A stretch of 64,000 bases of DNA from Paramecium tetraurelia (lineage: Eukaryota): positions 124,001 through 188,000 of the forward strand of contig CT868027.1 of the NCBI GenBank assembly GCA_000165425.1. Direction: 5' to 3'. Of the stretch, positions 1 through 12,904 are shown one piece after another. Both the position numbers and the translations under genes were made by a program. The notes under the pieces are model-generated. The model did no database searches. It was not told the DNA's origin and saw only the letters and a program-made list of their open reading frames with translations. Numbering within the stretch: position 1 is the first letter of the stretch; each line of letters begins with the position of its first letter.

Positions 1-960
1 ATTCGTAAACCAAGAGAAATATGTGAGATAACCAAAAATCTCATTCTGCCTTATAATGATACAGATTGGACTCCTCTCAAAAAGCATTTCATAAAATAAT
101 AGCCATATGAAATTGGAGATTAAAAATGCTTAATTATGGACAATCTATTATATAATATTGCTTTTGCCTGTGGAAATCAAACCCAAAACATTCTTACCCA
201 TTTTATCAATGAAATAAGTAAATAAAGACCTAGACGATCCTAAGAATCAAAGGTTTTTTATGATTTCATTGTTAAAAGCTTAAAGGAAATTAAAAAAAGA
301 AGATAAAGATATTTATAAATGTTCAAAAGAAGAAATCGATCCAATAATCTCAAAATATGATCCTCGAAAGTTTTATAATTGCAATGTATAATCTCTATTC
401 GATTCTATTATTGATTTATCAGTTGTTCCTGACAGCAATCTAAAATTGTTTAATAACCAATAACAAAGAGTTTAAAATATTCCAGAGTTTAATATTGAAG
501 ATGTAATACATTTAATAACTTCAAGATAGCTAAGATTATTAGTGAGACCTTGCTTTAAGAAGGTATCATTTAATAACTGAACGGTTTTTTCCAAATGTTG
601 TCCTAAATGAATTTTACAATTGAGTAAGCATTTGAAGCATATGAACAATTAAAATAAAGAAATCTGACCAATAAGTAATTCTCAGAGATTGTGGAAGGCA
701 AGTGCTAAGATCCTGAAATATCAAAACTAGCCTCTAAATTATAGACCTTTTCCTCCTTACAAGCTTTAAGTGATTTATCCATTGTAGGAAGTTTCAGGAA
801 GGAAGGATCAGGCAAATTTATTGAGATTGGCAATCAGAAATTGTTTTATTAATATACAATAATCGATTGTGATTTAAAGCCACTCAATAAAATTACTGAT
901 TACATGTCAACCATAGATGAATTAATCAAATTGAGAGATTATTACAATTCTCTTAAATGA
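1..960 (+). CDS. Hypothetical protein, 3' part (5'-truncated by window)
   Basis: Open under code 6 (IRKPREICEITKNLILPY... to ...DELIKLRDYYNSLK), ending TGA 958-960. Internal frame changes need small introns that I did not fully resolve. No recognisable domain. Confidence 0.55.
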
Positions 961-976
961 AATATTTTATATAAAA

Positions 977-1960
977 ATGAATAAATTATTACCAGCCATA
1001 GTGTCTGACATTGATGGAGTTTTGATAAGGGGGAAATCAACAATTCCAAATTCAGACATTGTCGTTTAGGAACTATTGAATTGTCATTACACAAATGGAG
1101 AAAAGCATAATATTCGGATTCCCTTTTACTTATTGACAAATGGAGGAGGATGCACAGAATTGGAGAAGGCCAATTCTCTGAACAGGATCATGGGTTCCAA
1201 TTTTGATAGGCATCATATCTTTCTGAATTATACTCCTCTAAGACCAATAATGAATGAATATTAGAATAAGCTAATACTACTCTGTGGAGCAGGCCACCTA
1301 ACAGAAATAGCCAAGGATTGCGATTTAAGATATTTTTACACAATTGATGAATATTCGGCTTTGTTTGATTAAGTTGAATTTAAATAATATGATGATGGGG
1401 TAATCAGATAATACGAAACTGATATTAAGTAAAGAAACATGGAATAGATGAAAAATCAGTAGATCGAGGCAGTGTTTATAGTGTTTGATCCGATAAAGTG
1501 GGAGGAGAGCATTTAGACAATATGTAAATTGGTTAAAGAGAAGAAGGATTTACCTATTTATGTTGTGAATAACGATGTAACTTATGCAGACAATTTTAAA
1601 TTACCTAGATTGGCATTTGGAACATTCACTAATGCCCTCATTTCTATTCTAAAAAAAGAATATAATATAAATCCAAATATCATTTATTATGGAAAACCAT
1701 CGCTTAATACATACAAATATGTATAAGAATATATACATGAGAAACATGATAATATTGGTAACATATATATGATTGGTGATAACCCTGCTAGTGATATAAG
1801 GGGAGCAAATCTAATTGGATGGCCATCAGTATTGGTGAGGAGTGGTGTGTTCAGAGGAAGGGATAATGATCCACAAGATCCTGGGAAATATGTGGTGACA
1901 GATTTAATGGATGCGTACAATAAGATATTGCAATTGGAAGGCTTAAAAGTTGTTTAATGA
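977..1960 (+). CDS. HAD-superfamily subfamily IIA hydrolase (CECR5/HDHD5-like), 327 aa, intronless
   Basis: Motif I SDIDGVL, LLTNGGG, YYGKPS and motif IV MIGDNPASDIRGAN lie in one frame from ATG 977 to TGA 1958-1960. Confidence 0.92.
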
Positions 1961-1984
1961 TGTTTTAACTATATAAATTTAAAA

Positions 1985-3655
1985 ATGGGTGCTAATTCTT
2001 CTTAGGGTGAGAAATTCGTGTAAGAGTTCTAAAGACAATGTGTGAAAGTAAGAGAGTTGAAAGACTTGCGCTTTGGGGACGTGTAGATCTATCGAACACA
2101 GTAGAATTCGTACATTATGGTCAAGAGCATCTGGTGCAATAATTCAGCAGAATATGATGCATCAATCAGTAATATCCAATTGATTAATATAGGTAATTGT
2201 GAGAAGCGATCTAAACTTCAACATTAGAATCTAGTCAAACTCTTAGGGTATCATTCAAATTCACAAAACTAATGGTGTGGAGATTTTTCAAAAATAACAG
2301 TATATTTGGAATTCTTTGATTACACTCTAGAAAAGTCTATTGATACAAGGAGACAGACCAATCAATACTTTACAGAAGCTGAACTATGGAAAATGCTATT
2401 CACTATTGCAAAATTAGGAATCTATCTTGAAGAATAAAACAAAGTTCTTGGAGATATCAGACCTTGCAACATTTAATTGTCAGATGATTTGAAGATGGCA
2501 GTAAGAATTATCTTTAATTCTTTATAGGAATTAGGCATTTTGAAACCAGATCAAACAGGTTATTAAAGACAAATAAATAACCTAGAAGTAGCATACTTAA
2601 GTCCAGAACAGTTGTATTCACTCAACAATCCTTCAATTACTGCTAAATCAGATGTCTATTCTTTGGGAGTTACCATGTTAGAATGTTCAACTCTAATGAG
2701 TGGAAAGAATCTTTATAAATCTAATAGAATTGACAACCAACTACTTTAACAATTACTGGAAACGGTCAAATAACTTGGATATTCAAACCCATGGTACAGA
2801 ATGGTGAGAGAATTATTAAAAGAATAGCCCGATGAAAGACCTTCCTATTAAGATATTTATGTAAATTCAATATTAATAATTAGGATGCCCTCAAATAATT
2901 CGAAGTTTAAATCCTTAATTTGTAGCCTTTTTCCCTTATATATCAATAACCACCTATACAATAATAATCTGTATCACCATATAGGCCATAATATTAATAA
3001 TATTCATAGTCCTTACCACCTCAACATCAATAACCATAAACCCAAAATTCAGTTCCAATTCAATATTAATAATAATTCCAATAATAGTAACCATAATAAT
3101 AATAATAATAATAAATAACTATAATAATAATAATATGTTTAACTCATATAATTGCAATTTTTAAATANNNNNNNNNNNNNNNNNNNNNNNNNNNNNNNNN
3201 NNNNNNNNNNNNNNNNNNNNNNNNNNNNNNNNNNNNNNNNNNNNNNNNNNNNNNNNNNNNNNNNNNNNNNNNNNNNNNNNNNNNNNNNNNNNNNNNNNNN
3301 NNNNNNNNNNNNNNNNNCTTAGTAAATGGATTTACCATTAATAACCTTTGCCATAACAATTATTACCTCCATAACAATCTTACATGTATATAAATAATAA
3401 TAACCTTATTTAAATGAATTAGCAAATGCTTAATCAAATTATTTTGTTTAATAACCAGTTCATCATTTACCTTAGCAAATAGAATAGTCTCCATACCATA
3501 CACTATAGTCTCCATAAAATATGACATCAACAATGTATTATCAGGAGGAAGAATAGGATGATGGATTAAATGAGATTGACAGAAAGATCTAACAAGCATT
3601 AAAAATGACTAGGGATACTGAAATGAGAAATAAATAAACACCGAATTACTATTGA
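1985..3655 (+). CDS. N-myristoylated protein-kinase-like (pseudokinase) with Gln/Pro-rich tail
   Basis: Starts MGANSS. Kinase-fold remnants LGDIRPCNI, YLSPEQL and KSDVYSLGVTMLEC; no GxGxxG, HRD or DFG. Q/P/Y-rich tail runs into the N gap and a compatible frame ends ...QTPNYY-TGA at 3655; joining across the gap is inferred. Confidence 0.75.
2925..3140 (+). repeat. Gln-rich low-complexity coding tract (TAA/CAA triplets)
   Basis: Runs such as ataataataataataata at about 3093-3135 read as poly-Q under code 6. Confidence 0.7.
3168..3317. other. Assembly gap (150 N)
   Basis: Run of N adjacent to the poly-TAA tract. Confidence 0.99.
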
Positions 3656-4270
3656 CATAATTATTACAATATGATAAATCCTTAGTTATATAAATATGAT
3701 TTACTCGCTCAAATTTCTAATTTCTCAAGTTTATTTTAAATCGTAATTATATTTAATAAATAAAATGTTTATATAGTGAGAATTGCAGACTTAATATTGG
3801 TTTTTATAAATATTGTGTAACTATGTGAAAATACAAAGGAATGATTAGGTTTTGTGATGTTTTCTGTGCAAAGAGTTATAATTACATGATGTGAACTTAG
3901 ATGAATAGAGAATGAAATCATATAAAAATGAAGAAAAAGTCATGAGGTGTTGGGATAATATTTAAAACATTTATTGGCATCGATCAATTTTATCTATGAG
4001 GTGCTTAATGTAGTGAAATATTAAAAAAAATTCATTATTTTCAAACATATTCATTAAATTTATTTATAATTATTTCCATTATTGAGTGATTTGAGAACTC
4101 TAATGGTTTGTGTAGACAAGAAACAATCATATTTAAGATTGGATGAAGGGCTGAAAATATTATTTTTATAAATTTTATTGATCTAATGAACGCTTGCGTC
4201 ATAATGAAGGATAATACCTCATTCTTAATAACATACATTTGACTCTATGGTTCAGAAAAATAAATATATT

Positions 4271-5500
4271 ATGAGCTATTCTACCACAGATGAGAGATTG
4301 ATGGATTCACCCAAAAGAACGGAAAGCACTGAGATCTAATCTGACAGTTAAATGTTTAAGAAGGGATTTAATCCGTCATTCCTGGGAATTTAATAAACAT
4401 CGAAAGTCACTGTACTTAATCTAGCTATTTTTAGGTGTCTAGGAGATATCTCGATACTAAAACTCATGGAGTTCAATTATATTATTAAGAATTTACTCCT
4501 TAGATTGTGGATGCTCAAGTAATTATAGTCCATGGATTTGGTGAACATTCAGGAAATTATCAATAAGTAAATTCAAATTTTATTCGTTCTAGTTGACAGA
4601 TTCTTTTCTGTTCAATAATTTTAAAGTTTACCTCTATGACCAAAGAGGATTCGGTTATTCTGGAGGCATAAGAGGGTAGGCGACAGTTGAATAAATGCAC
4701 ATGGATTTAGACACCGTTTTACAATTGGTAGATAGATCAGTTCCTTTATTTATATTTTGTCATGCTCTTGGGGCTTCGATGGTGATCAGTTTCTGTTTAA
4801 TGAATCCTTCATTTCAATTTTAGGGACTCATTTGTAGTAATGCTCAATTACGAGTCCCAGCCAAATATGGAAAATTTAAGATGCTCACTCTCAAGCTCAT
4901 GACAAAACTATGTCCTGATCTCTAAGTCAACACATACCACAATTTATCATATGCCTCAAAAAATAATCATCACATCAAAAAACTTGCAACTGATCACCTC
5001 ATGCATCCTTATATGAGCATCCAATTTGCATACAATGTACTTCTATTTCAGCAATTCATCTTGCCCAATGCAACGAAATTCAGAATCCCCATATTGTTAT
5101 TGCATGGAAAGGAGGATAAGGTTGCATCTCACTTAGATTCCCTTGACTTCTACAGGATCATCTAATCCAAGGAGAAAACACTCAAAATATTTGACTAGGG
5201 ATTCCATGAGTTGCACAATGATTCTGAATGGCCTAAGATGAAAATACTCATCACCCAATGGTGTACGAAAATGTTAAGCAAAGATATCAAAATGTCATTT
5301 ATGAGGGAACACAAATTTGGAGTGGTTGTTAAACAATACAGAAGCAAAATTAGAATCATTTTGACAATTCTTCTAATTTTATTCAGAAAGTAATTGATTT
5401 TATAAATTCTATTAGAAAATATGTTTGTTTAAAAACAAGTACTAAACTTAGCATCATAATCTTCATAGAGTTACTTCTTAGAGTGTTCATTCCTAATTGA
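4271..5500 (+). CDS. Monoglyceride-lipase/lysophospholipase-like alpha/beta hydrolase, nucleophile Ser replaced by Ala
   Basis: IVHGFGEHSGNY, YDQRGFGYSGG, nucleophile elbow CHALG, LLHGKEDKV and FHELHND. Introns 4412-4434 and 4567-4592 plus one near 5390. TGA 5498-5500. Confidence 0.85.
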
Positions 5501-5541
5501 ATATTTGTAAATTTTTATATATATACTAATTAATATATATA

Positions 5542-6901
5542 ATGAAAAATAACAGATAAAATTTTATCGATTTGATCATCCATCTTCTCGATTTGGAAGA
5601 ACAAATAGAAAACACCAAGATCCACATGACTTCAAATGAATACTTCACTCTCTACAGAGCTTTCCAAATAATTGACGAACACAACACAAATTAAATAACC
5701 CCAGAAGCAATTTCAAAATTAATTTCTAAACCTGCAGAATAATGCACCCTACTTATTGAGTATTACTCTGAATTCAAGGATAACAAGTTATCCTTTGCTA
5801 ACTTCATGAATTTGTGTTTGCCAAGAAGTAAACCCCAATTAAGAGCACAATTGACATAAAAGCTCTAGAAAACGATAGGTTCACCTGAGGAGTAAGAACT
5901 AATAAAGGAACACTTATCTATTCTGATAGCAAATGAAATCCATTTCTTGCAGTAGATTAAGAAATATCCGATTGAAATAGAGGGGTTGTTAGGGTACCCA
6001 TTCAAACAGAAAGATCTAAATTAATTAGTAAGTGATTTTGGATATAAAATAAATACAGAAGCAATTTGGAAGAGATTGGATTTCGATTAGAATGGGGTTG
6101 TCACATATGAGGATATGAAGAAATTGTTTAGGGAGTGTGAATAAGGTATGAATGAAAATGAAGAGGCAAAGGATAAATCAAGAAATAAGAATACAAAATT
6201 GGGGTGGATAAACAATAAAGTATGTCCGTATCATTCGTATACAAAATAATTTAGAAAGAGTATTCAAAATTTCTATGAATTTGAGAAATAAAAAAGTATA
6301 TTGAGGTAATGAATAACAAATAGCAAATAGATAAAATGAATGGAAATAGATAAGAAGTTTTTTATATTTGATAAAGGAACACAGTTAGATCTATTTGTAG
6401 ATAGATCAATTGTTGGAGAAATTAAATAAATATGATACTTTGAGATTGTTTGAATTGTTAAGCATCAACGATAGATTGGAATTCCAATATTTATAAAAAA
6501 AGATATAGGAAATTGTGGGATAGGAGTTTTTATTGGATTATTCGGATGTAGAATAATTGATGAACTTTTTTGGAGGACATAGTTATGAAGAATTCAAACA
6601 CTCGTTAGAATGCAGTAGGGTATTGGAGAGAAAGCAACCCATCAATATGAATGTTTTGAAGATGCTATTCATAAAATTGATATTGTTATTGTAATTAAGT
6701 AGATATTTGAAATAATAATACAAAAAGAAGGCTTTGATATAGAACAAGGACTTGTTGAATGAATTCGGGGAGTTTTCTTAGTCAAATATTTTGTTGATGG
6801 CAAGAAAGGCCAAGGTGGAATTAAGCTTGGAAGAAGTGAATGGGTTTTTTAAAGGTCAGGAGGTTTTGGAAGTTAGGAATGTTATGAGTTTTTTGAAATG
6901 A
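5542..6901 (+). CDS. EF-hand-containing protein
   Basis: AFQIIDEHNTNQIT and RLDFDQNGVVTYEDM EF-hand loops. A 25-nt intron (6306-6330) removes an in-frame TGA. Ends TGA 6899-6901. Confidence 0.75.
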
Positions 6902-6919
6902 TTTATAATATATAAAATT

Positions 6920-8193
6920 ATGGAAGAAATTGTGACTGGAGAAGATGATGTCGAGCCGTAGTTTGCATTTATTACACACACCCGAACAACTCAATACCGT
7001 ATTTCAGTGATGAAGAATCGAATCGAGATCGCTTCTATTAATAGCCTAGATTAAATTTAAGTTGTATTAAGCATAGATTAAACGATCCATTGGCTGTACG
7101 ATGAAGGTCAAGAAATAGCTTTTGGATTCAGATAGGGATACTTCATTAATTATTATTATGGAGAGAGGAGTGAATTGTCTCAATTTCGAAAATTGATTGG
7201 GTGTAAAATTTCATTTGGAACTTTTAAACAAGATTATTTGGTGGGCGACTTATTGGGAAAAGGCACATTTTCAGAAGTATAAGTTCTACTATGACCAGGT
7301 GACAAAGGTGACCTGTTTAAGGGATGGCAAAGAGTATGCTTTAAAGAAAATCAAATTGCGTAACGAGGCTCATTTAAAGAATATTGAAATTGAAGTTGCT
7401 ATCTTAAATAAGCTAAATCATCAAGGCATCATCAAATTACACGACGTCTACAGGTTAAATGATGAAACCTATGGGTTAATTACTGAATTAGTCATTGGAT
7501 AATCGCTAGATTCAATTATCAACAAGCAAAAGGTTAGTATTTAGGTTAAATATTAGTAAAAAAAGAGCAAACTTGAAGAGAGAGACATTTAAATGATACT
7601 TAAATAAACTCTTGAAATCGTTGATTATTTGCATTAGAATAATATAATCCATAGAGATATCAAACCATAACATATGATTTTATGTTAAAATAAAACGATT
7701 AAAATACTAGATTTTGGTTTAAGTTCTAATGAGAGTCAAATGTCTTGCAATTGTGGTACTCCTGGGTATTTACCACCTGAATCATTTCGAGAACAATCGT
7801 TATACACATCCAAAGGGGATATATTCAGTTTGGGAGTTGTTTTTTATAAGTTATTGAATAGAGGAGTCAGTTGTTTCGATGCAAACACACTCGAATCAGT
7901 AATGAGTAAAAATAGGCGTTGCACCATTGAGTACCAAATCAATGGATACTCATCTTAGGCTCTGGTACATTTTTGAAATGAATTCTAAGCATTTGCTCAA
8001 ATAAATGCTTCAAAAAGATCCAGTCATGAGAATCAATTCACACGATGCACTGAATCATACTTATTTCACTGTCCCCAGGGAATCCCAGAATCTAAAGGAA
8101 GATAAAGGGAATATTTATGTTTACTAAGCTCATCCCAGGCCATCCCATTTATCAAGGACAAGTAGCGGTGAGTTAGAGAAAACTTCAAAATGA
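6920..8193 (+). CDS. Ser/Thr protein kinase (CAMK-like)
   Basis: LLGKGTFSE, YALKKI, HRDIKPQH, DFGLS, CGTPGYLPPE and DIFSLG; three small introns; TGA 8191-8193. Confidence 0.9.
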
Positions 8194-8255
8194 TTGTAAA
8201 TTTTTATAAAATATATGTTCATGATATATCTTTTCTTCGATTTCTTTAGGTTCTA

Positions 8256-8370
8256 TTCCTTTTGGTCTTCTGGGGAACTGCGTATCGGATTGCAGAGTTA
8301 TTTTGAATCCATGGAATTTGATTGAGAATAACTCTGCAATGGGGTTGGATGTTTATAGTATAACCCAATT
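8256..8370. ncRNA. Candidate structured RNA or hairpin array in an intergenic spacer
   Basis: Perfect 14-bp inverted repeat 8289-8302/8327-8340, extendable to about 21 bp, flanked by two smaller hairpins. Family not recognised. Confidence 0.3.
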
Positions 8371-8484
8371 GTTATATTAAAGATAAAATTAAACAACAAA
8401 TTTAAGAAGACAATTTACAAAATACTAAATTTGTAATTATAATAATCGAGCATTTATCAATTGAAAATCATAATTATTTTTATA

Positions 8485-9457
8485 ATGTTAACATACACAG
8501 TCATGATAGACGAGTATCAGACTATTGATGATAAAGTTTACTATTAGATCAACATTAATTGTTTAGAAGGACATAGGAAGATTTCCAAACGATATTCTGA
8601 CTTGAAAGCATTGAATGATAAAATAATAGAAAAAAATTCTAACTTTAAACTTCATTTAAATTTGCCTTAATTTCCAGGCCGAAAGATTTTTGGAAGAACC
8701 AAAAATTCTGTTGCAGGAATTAAATAGAGAGTATTTTATCAATTCTATATAGGGAAAAGAATTATAGAAATATTTGGAAGAGGTTTTGAACATTAAATAA
8801 TTGCAATCATTTTAATCAATTAAAGAATTATTGCCTCATCAACAATTATATTAAGAAACTCTTTAGTTAACTCGTAGTGGTGAATATGATAAAGAAGTTT
8901 GTTGGCTATAAATGGATGAATTAAAGCGATCTTTTTTAGAGAGACAAGAAAATAAAACGCCAAAAAACAATAAGTCTAAAAGCAAGTCTAGCTTCAATAC
9001 TACTGGATATGTGCAGAGATATCATTTTAGTATTGATGATTATGAAATTCAGTAAGATGTAGTTTTATATACAATAACATTGACAGATGCCAAAAAGACA
9101 ACAAATTATTAATTTACGTCAAGATATAGTGACTTAAGGGAATACCATAAACTGCTTAAAAAAGAAAATCTAAAAGTTGTGTTACCTGATTATCCAAAAA
9201 GAAAGATCATCTCTCAAACAAATGAGAATCCACTTTTCATATAAGAAAGATTGGAACAACTTTAAAAATATCTAAATGACATATTTGCAATAAAGGAGTT
9301 AGTGTAGAGTGAGCCTTTGCAATACTTTATCACGAGAATCAAATTGGAAGGTAAACCCATTCGTGTAGGCCCAGTTCAACAAAAACAGTAAATTTGTACT
9401 AGTTCAGTCTTATATGAGAGTCAAGAGAACTTGCCTGAAAGAAAAAGCTCGTTTTGA
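8485..9457 (+). CDS. Tandem PX (phox homology) domain protein
   Basis: Two PX signatures: KRYSDLKALN...LPQFPGRKIF...ELQKYL and SRYSDLREYH...LPDYPKRKI...RLEQLQKYLN. One intron at about 8731-8752; TGA 9455-9457. Confidence 0.85.
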
Positions 9458-9536
9458 AATTGACTAAATATTAAATGTTTATTGCTTTTTCTTATAATTT
9501 AATTTTATAAATATTATTTTACATAAATCACACGGA

Positions 9537-9713
9537 ATGGGATGTATATGTTAAAAAGAAACCAAACAATAAGAGATTAAACAATATGACCAAAAACTGC
9601 AGCAAATTGTAACAGTTCCAGTCTTGTATGATCCAAAAACTAATCCAATAATGAAAAGGAGATTGCAATAAGATGCCCAATCAGAATAAAATAGAACACC
9701 AACAAGATTTTGA
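9537..9713 (+). CDS. 58-aa small protein with MGCxC N-terminus (predicted myristoylated/palmitoylated)
   Basis: MGCICQKETKQQEIKQYDQKLQQIVTVPVLYDPKTNPIMKRRLQQDAQSEQNRTPTRF-TGA, AT-rich flanks, fills the spacer between two genes. Confidence 0.65.
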
Positions 9714-9743
9714 ATTAAATATGATGTACTAGAAATAATTATT

Positions 9744-10558
9744 TCAAACTCTTAATTTTTACTTTACCAAATCCCATAATCTTGGATAATCTTTCTTTCC
9801 TCTCTTAACTTCTAAATCAATAACTACACCCATGGCTCTGTATCTATCTAATAAAGGATAGGTCTTCTCCTCATACTCCTTCATTCTTTGTTCAATGACC
9901 TAATCATTAATTCAATGAATTACTTCTTTCTTATCATCATCTCTAACCACCAATTTACCACCACATGCATCACAGATGCCTTCCTTTTTTGGATTTAATG
10001 GCTCCATAACATAGCCATCTCTGTTGATATCGCAAATGTTGAAAGCTGTGCCACAACCCACACATGTACGACGACTTACATATTGTTTTTAAATAGTACG
10101 CAGCTAATTTCTCAAGCAAAATATCAGCTCTTAGAGTTACGTTTACAACAACGTTTGTTGGTAAAATTTTTTCATACAAATCCAATTGTCTCAAAGTTCT
10201 TGGGAATCCATCTAAAATTACTCCCTTTGCAGACTCCGGCTCCTTTAACTTTTCCTACAAAATATTCATCACAATCTCATCTGACACAAGACCACCCTTT
10301 GCAACAATATCCTTTATTGTGGCAATTAATTTTGGATCAAATGATTTGGATGTATTCCCTTTCAAAATCTTACGAATTTCATCCCCTGTCGAAATGTGAT
10401 TAAACTTAGTATCGTTAATCAATAACTTTGCAAATGTTCCTTTACCAACCTAAAATCATATTAGTTAACTTTATTACTCCTGGGGCACCGAATAAAACAA
10501 GGAATTATTATCCAGGTTTAGCAATACTAGCTGCATATCTTATTATGAGATTTTTCAT
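9744..10558 (-). CDS. ADK: Adenylate kinase with Cys4 zinc lid (probably organellar)
   Basis: P-loop FGAPGVGKGT (split by an intron), HISTGDEIR, ILDGFPRT, lid RRTCVGC...CDACGGKLVVRDDD; three small introns. Confidence 0.93.
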
Positions 10559-10578
10559 ATCCAATATATATTTATTTA

Positions 10579-10860
10579 ATGAAATAATCACTCTTACCTT
10601 AACGTATGAAATTAAAAACGAAATCCAAAAGCCAAAAGAAAAGCTTTCCTTCCTCTTAAAATTAGAAGTCGATATTCTATTGTTAACTAAAAATATAAAA
10701 ATACACTCATTTTTTTATATAGATTGTTTATAATCAATAAGCTTCAAAACTAATTACTTTTATTTTCTCTTATCCTACTTAATCAGCTGAGATGTTTTCT
10801 CCATTTAGCGTGAATTCTGCTTATAATTTATTTCTTACATTTCTGCTAAATTTAGATTGA
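10579..10860 (+). CDS. Possible 93-aa hypothetical protein
   Basis: ATG-to-TGA ORF under code 6 (MKQSLLPQRMKLKTKSKSQK...). No motif; could be spurious because only one stop codon exists. Confidence 0.25.
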
Positions 10861-11408
10861 AGATGTTAAGTGTCTGTCATTAAAATAAATATTCCATTAA
10901 GTTATCTCTATAATATTTCAGTCTCAATATGATATTTTAATATTTATGTATTTATAAAAAGTGTGAAGTTATATTAGGGAGATGTTCACAAGTAGATCTA
11001 TGAAATTATATTAATATTCGTTTTATTTCAACTAATACATAGGTTCTGATGATCCAGCAACCTTCATTTATCTTATTTAAAGTAGCATAGTTCTAAAAGA
11101 ATGATAAAATGTAATATAAAGATTATACTAAATAATGCATTATGAAAGAAATTGATAAAAATAATATTTTCTATATTCAGATTATTTTTCAACCTACCTC
11201 ATTCAGACAATAATACTATAATATTAATTATTTGAAGAACTACATAAAATTAATATCAAATCTTCATAATTTAAGTTCTTCATTTTTAAATTGATTAAAT
11301 TTAAATTAACTTAAAATCAATAAATAAAGTCACCTGAAATTAATTAGATAATTAAATATCAAATAGATGAGAGATTATTTTATACTAAAATTAAATATAT
11401 AATTTTAT

Positions 11409-12777
11409 TCAATAAATATCAACTCCATCATAGAATAACGACCTTGCTATTTTTTTATGGTATTTATGAATATTTTTTCTTAACTCCTTTAGTATTTCAT
11501 CTTCTAGAAAATCACCTAGTTTTGATTTAATTAAATTGTTAGGATTTTAGATACTAATTTAACTCTTGACAATAAACTCATCTAAAATGTTGAGCCCTTA
11601 CCTGTAAAATTTACATTCTTCAATCTTTTAGAGCGGGATAAAATTCTTGTAAAAGTTTTTTATAACTACTTAACTTTAATAAATAATGTCTTCTATTATA
11701 TTTTGATAAGATGAATTTAAAATTTAAATGATATTGTCTTTATCATTATAACGAGTTGATAATTAAGGAAATAAGGATTTATGTATGGACTATTCATATT
11801 TAAATATAGTATTTTGTAATTCTGTAAAATCAAACTAATTTGATAAATTAGAATTATTTCCAATTTATTTTATATCATTTAATGCTTCTGTAATCTCTAA
11901 GACATAAAAGAGGTAATCTTCAAAATAACTTTTAGTCTTAAGCTATACAAATAATTCATAAAACCATTTATCAATATTTAGTTCTCTTGCTAAATCTTTT
12001 ATTGAAAGCTCTGTACAATTAGTGTCATTTATGAATTATTTCTCGCTCTTTATCGCCCAATTTAAAAGGATATTTCTCAAAAGAACTCCATTAGATTTTC
12101 CAAATTAGCCTTCAAACTCATTCTCACTTAGTTTTGTATTTTTCAAAAATTTTTCAATTAACTTTGGATTATATGATCCATCTCTTTGCTACTCCTCTCC
12201 AATTTATTTTAACATTTGATTCAATTTTGAAATGAGTTGCTCACCATTTCTCTCAAAATCGAGATCTATCATTTTTAATTAATCATCTAATTAAAGTAAT
12301 TATGAGATGACTTTTTTAGTGCATTGAAAGTCAGGGGAATCATAAATCCCTTTATCTGTAGACAATTTACTGAACATGGAAAAAAAGGCTTTAAATTCTA
12401 TCTAATTGTTGTATTTAGATGATAAAGGTTTAGAGACCCAAATCCATGTATTTTGGCAATTTATTTAATTATGCGATATCTTTGATTTTTGCAACTTTAT
12501 AAGTGCTTCCAAAATTTTAATTGATATTAGTATTATTTGACTATTACTTATTGCCAAGATGTTCTTTTCCTATATTAAATATTTCTGTTATTACTTTAAA
12601 ATATAGTAGGTCCTTCAAGTTTATGTATTCATTTGATGGAAACGAATAAGTGACTATATTTTAGAGATAATAAATGCAAACAATTTCATCATTTAATTCT
12701 TCAATAAGTTACAAGTGCTCCTCATTAATATCTTTAGAATTGTGAAAGTGATATTAAGTTAATGCAAGGCTTTCCAT
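11409..12777 (-). CDS. Hypothetical protein with highly degenerate kinase-like segment
   Basis: MESLALTQYH... to ...FYDGVDIY-TGA. KILEALIKLQKSKISHNQINCQNTWI resembles the kinase alphaE/catalytic-loop region without catalytic residues. Confidence 0.55.
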
Positions 12778-12904
12778 AGCAAATTTTATTGAAATTATTC
12801 AAATCAGCAGAAATGAATTTCTATTAATGTAGAAAATTATGAAAATGGATAAGAAACAGAAAGAATTAAAAAATAATGAAAAATTACATTATATTGAATT
12901 AGAG

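Noticed and set aside
3765..4189. Open frame of about 110 codons between genes
   Set aside because: No convincing start or splice model and no motif; open frames are common with a single stop codon.
8187..8395. Telomerase RNA call from minus-strand CCAACCCC and a roughly 200-nt spacer
   Set aside because: No CUGUCA template-boundary motif, no pseudoknot identified, and G-U pairs favour the + strand. Kept only as an alternative to test.
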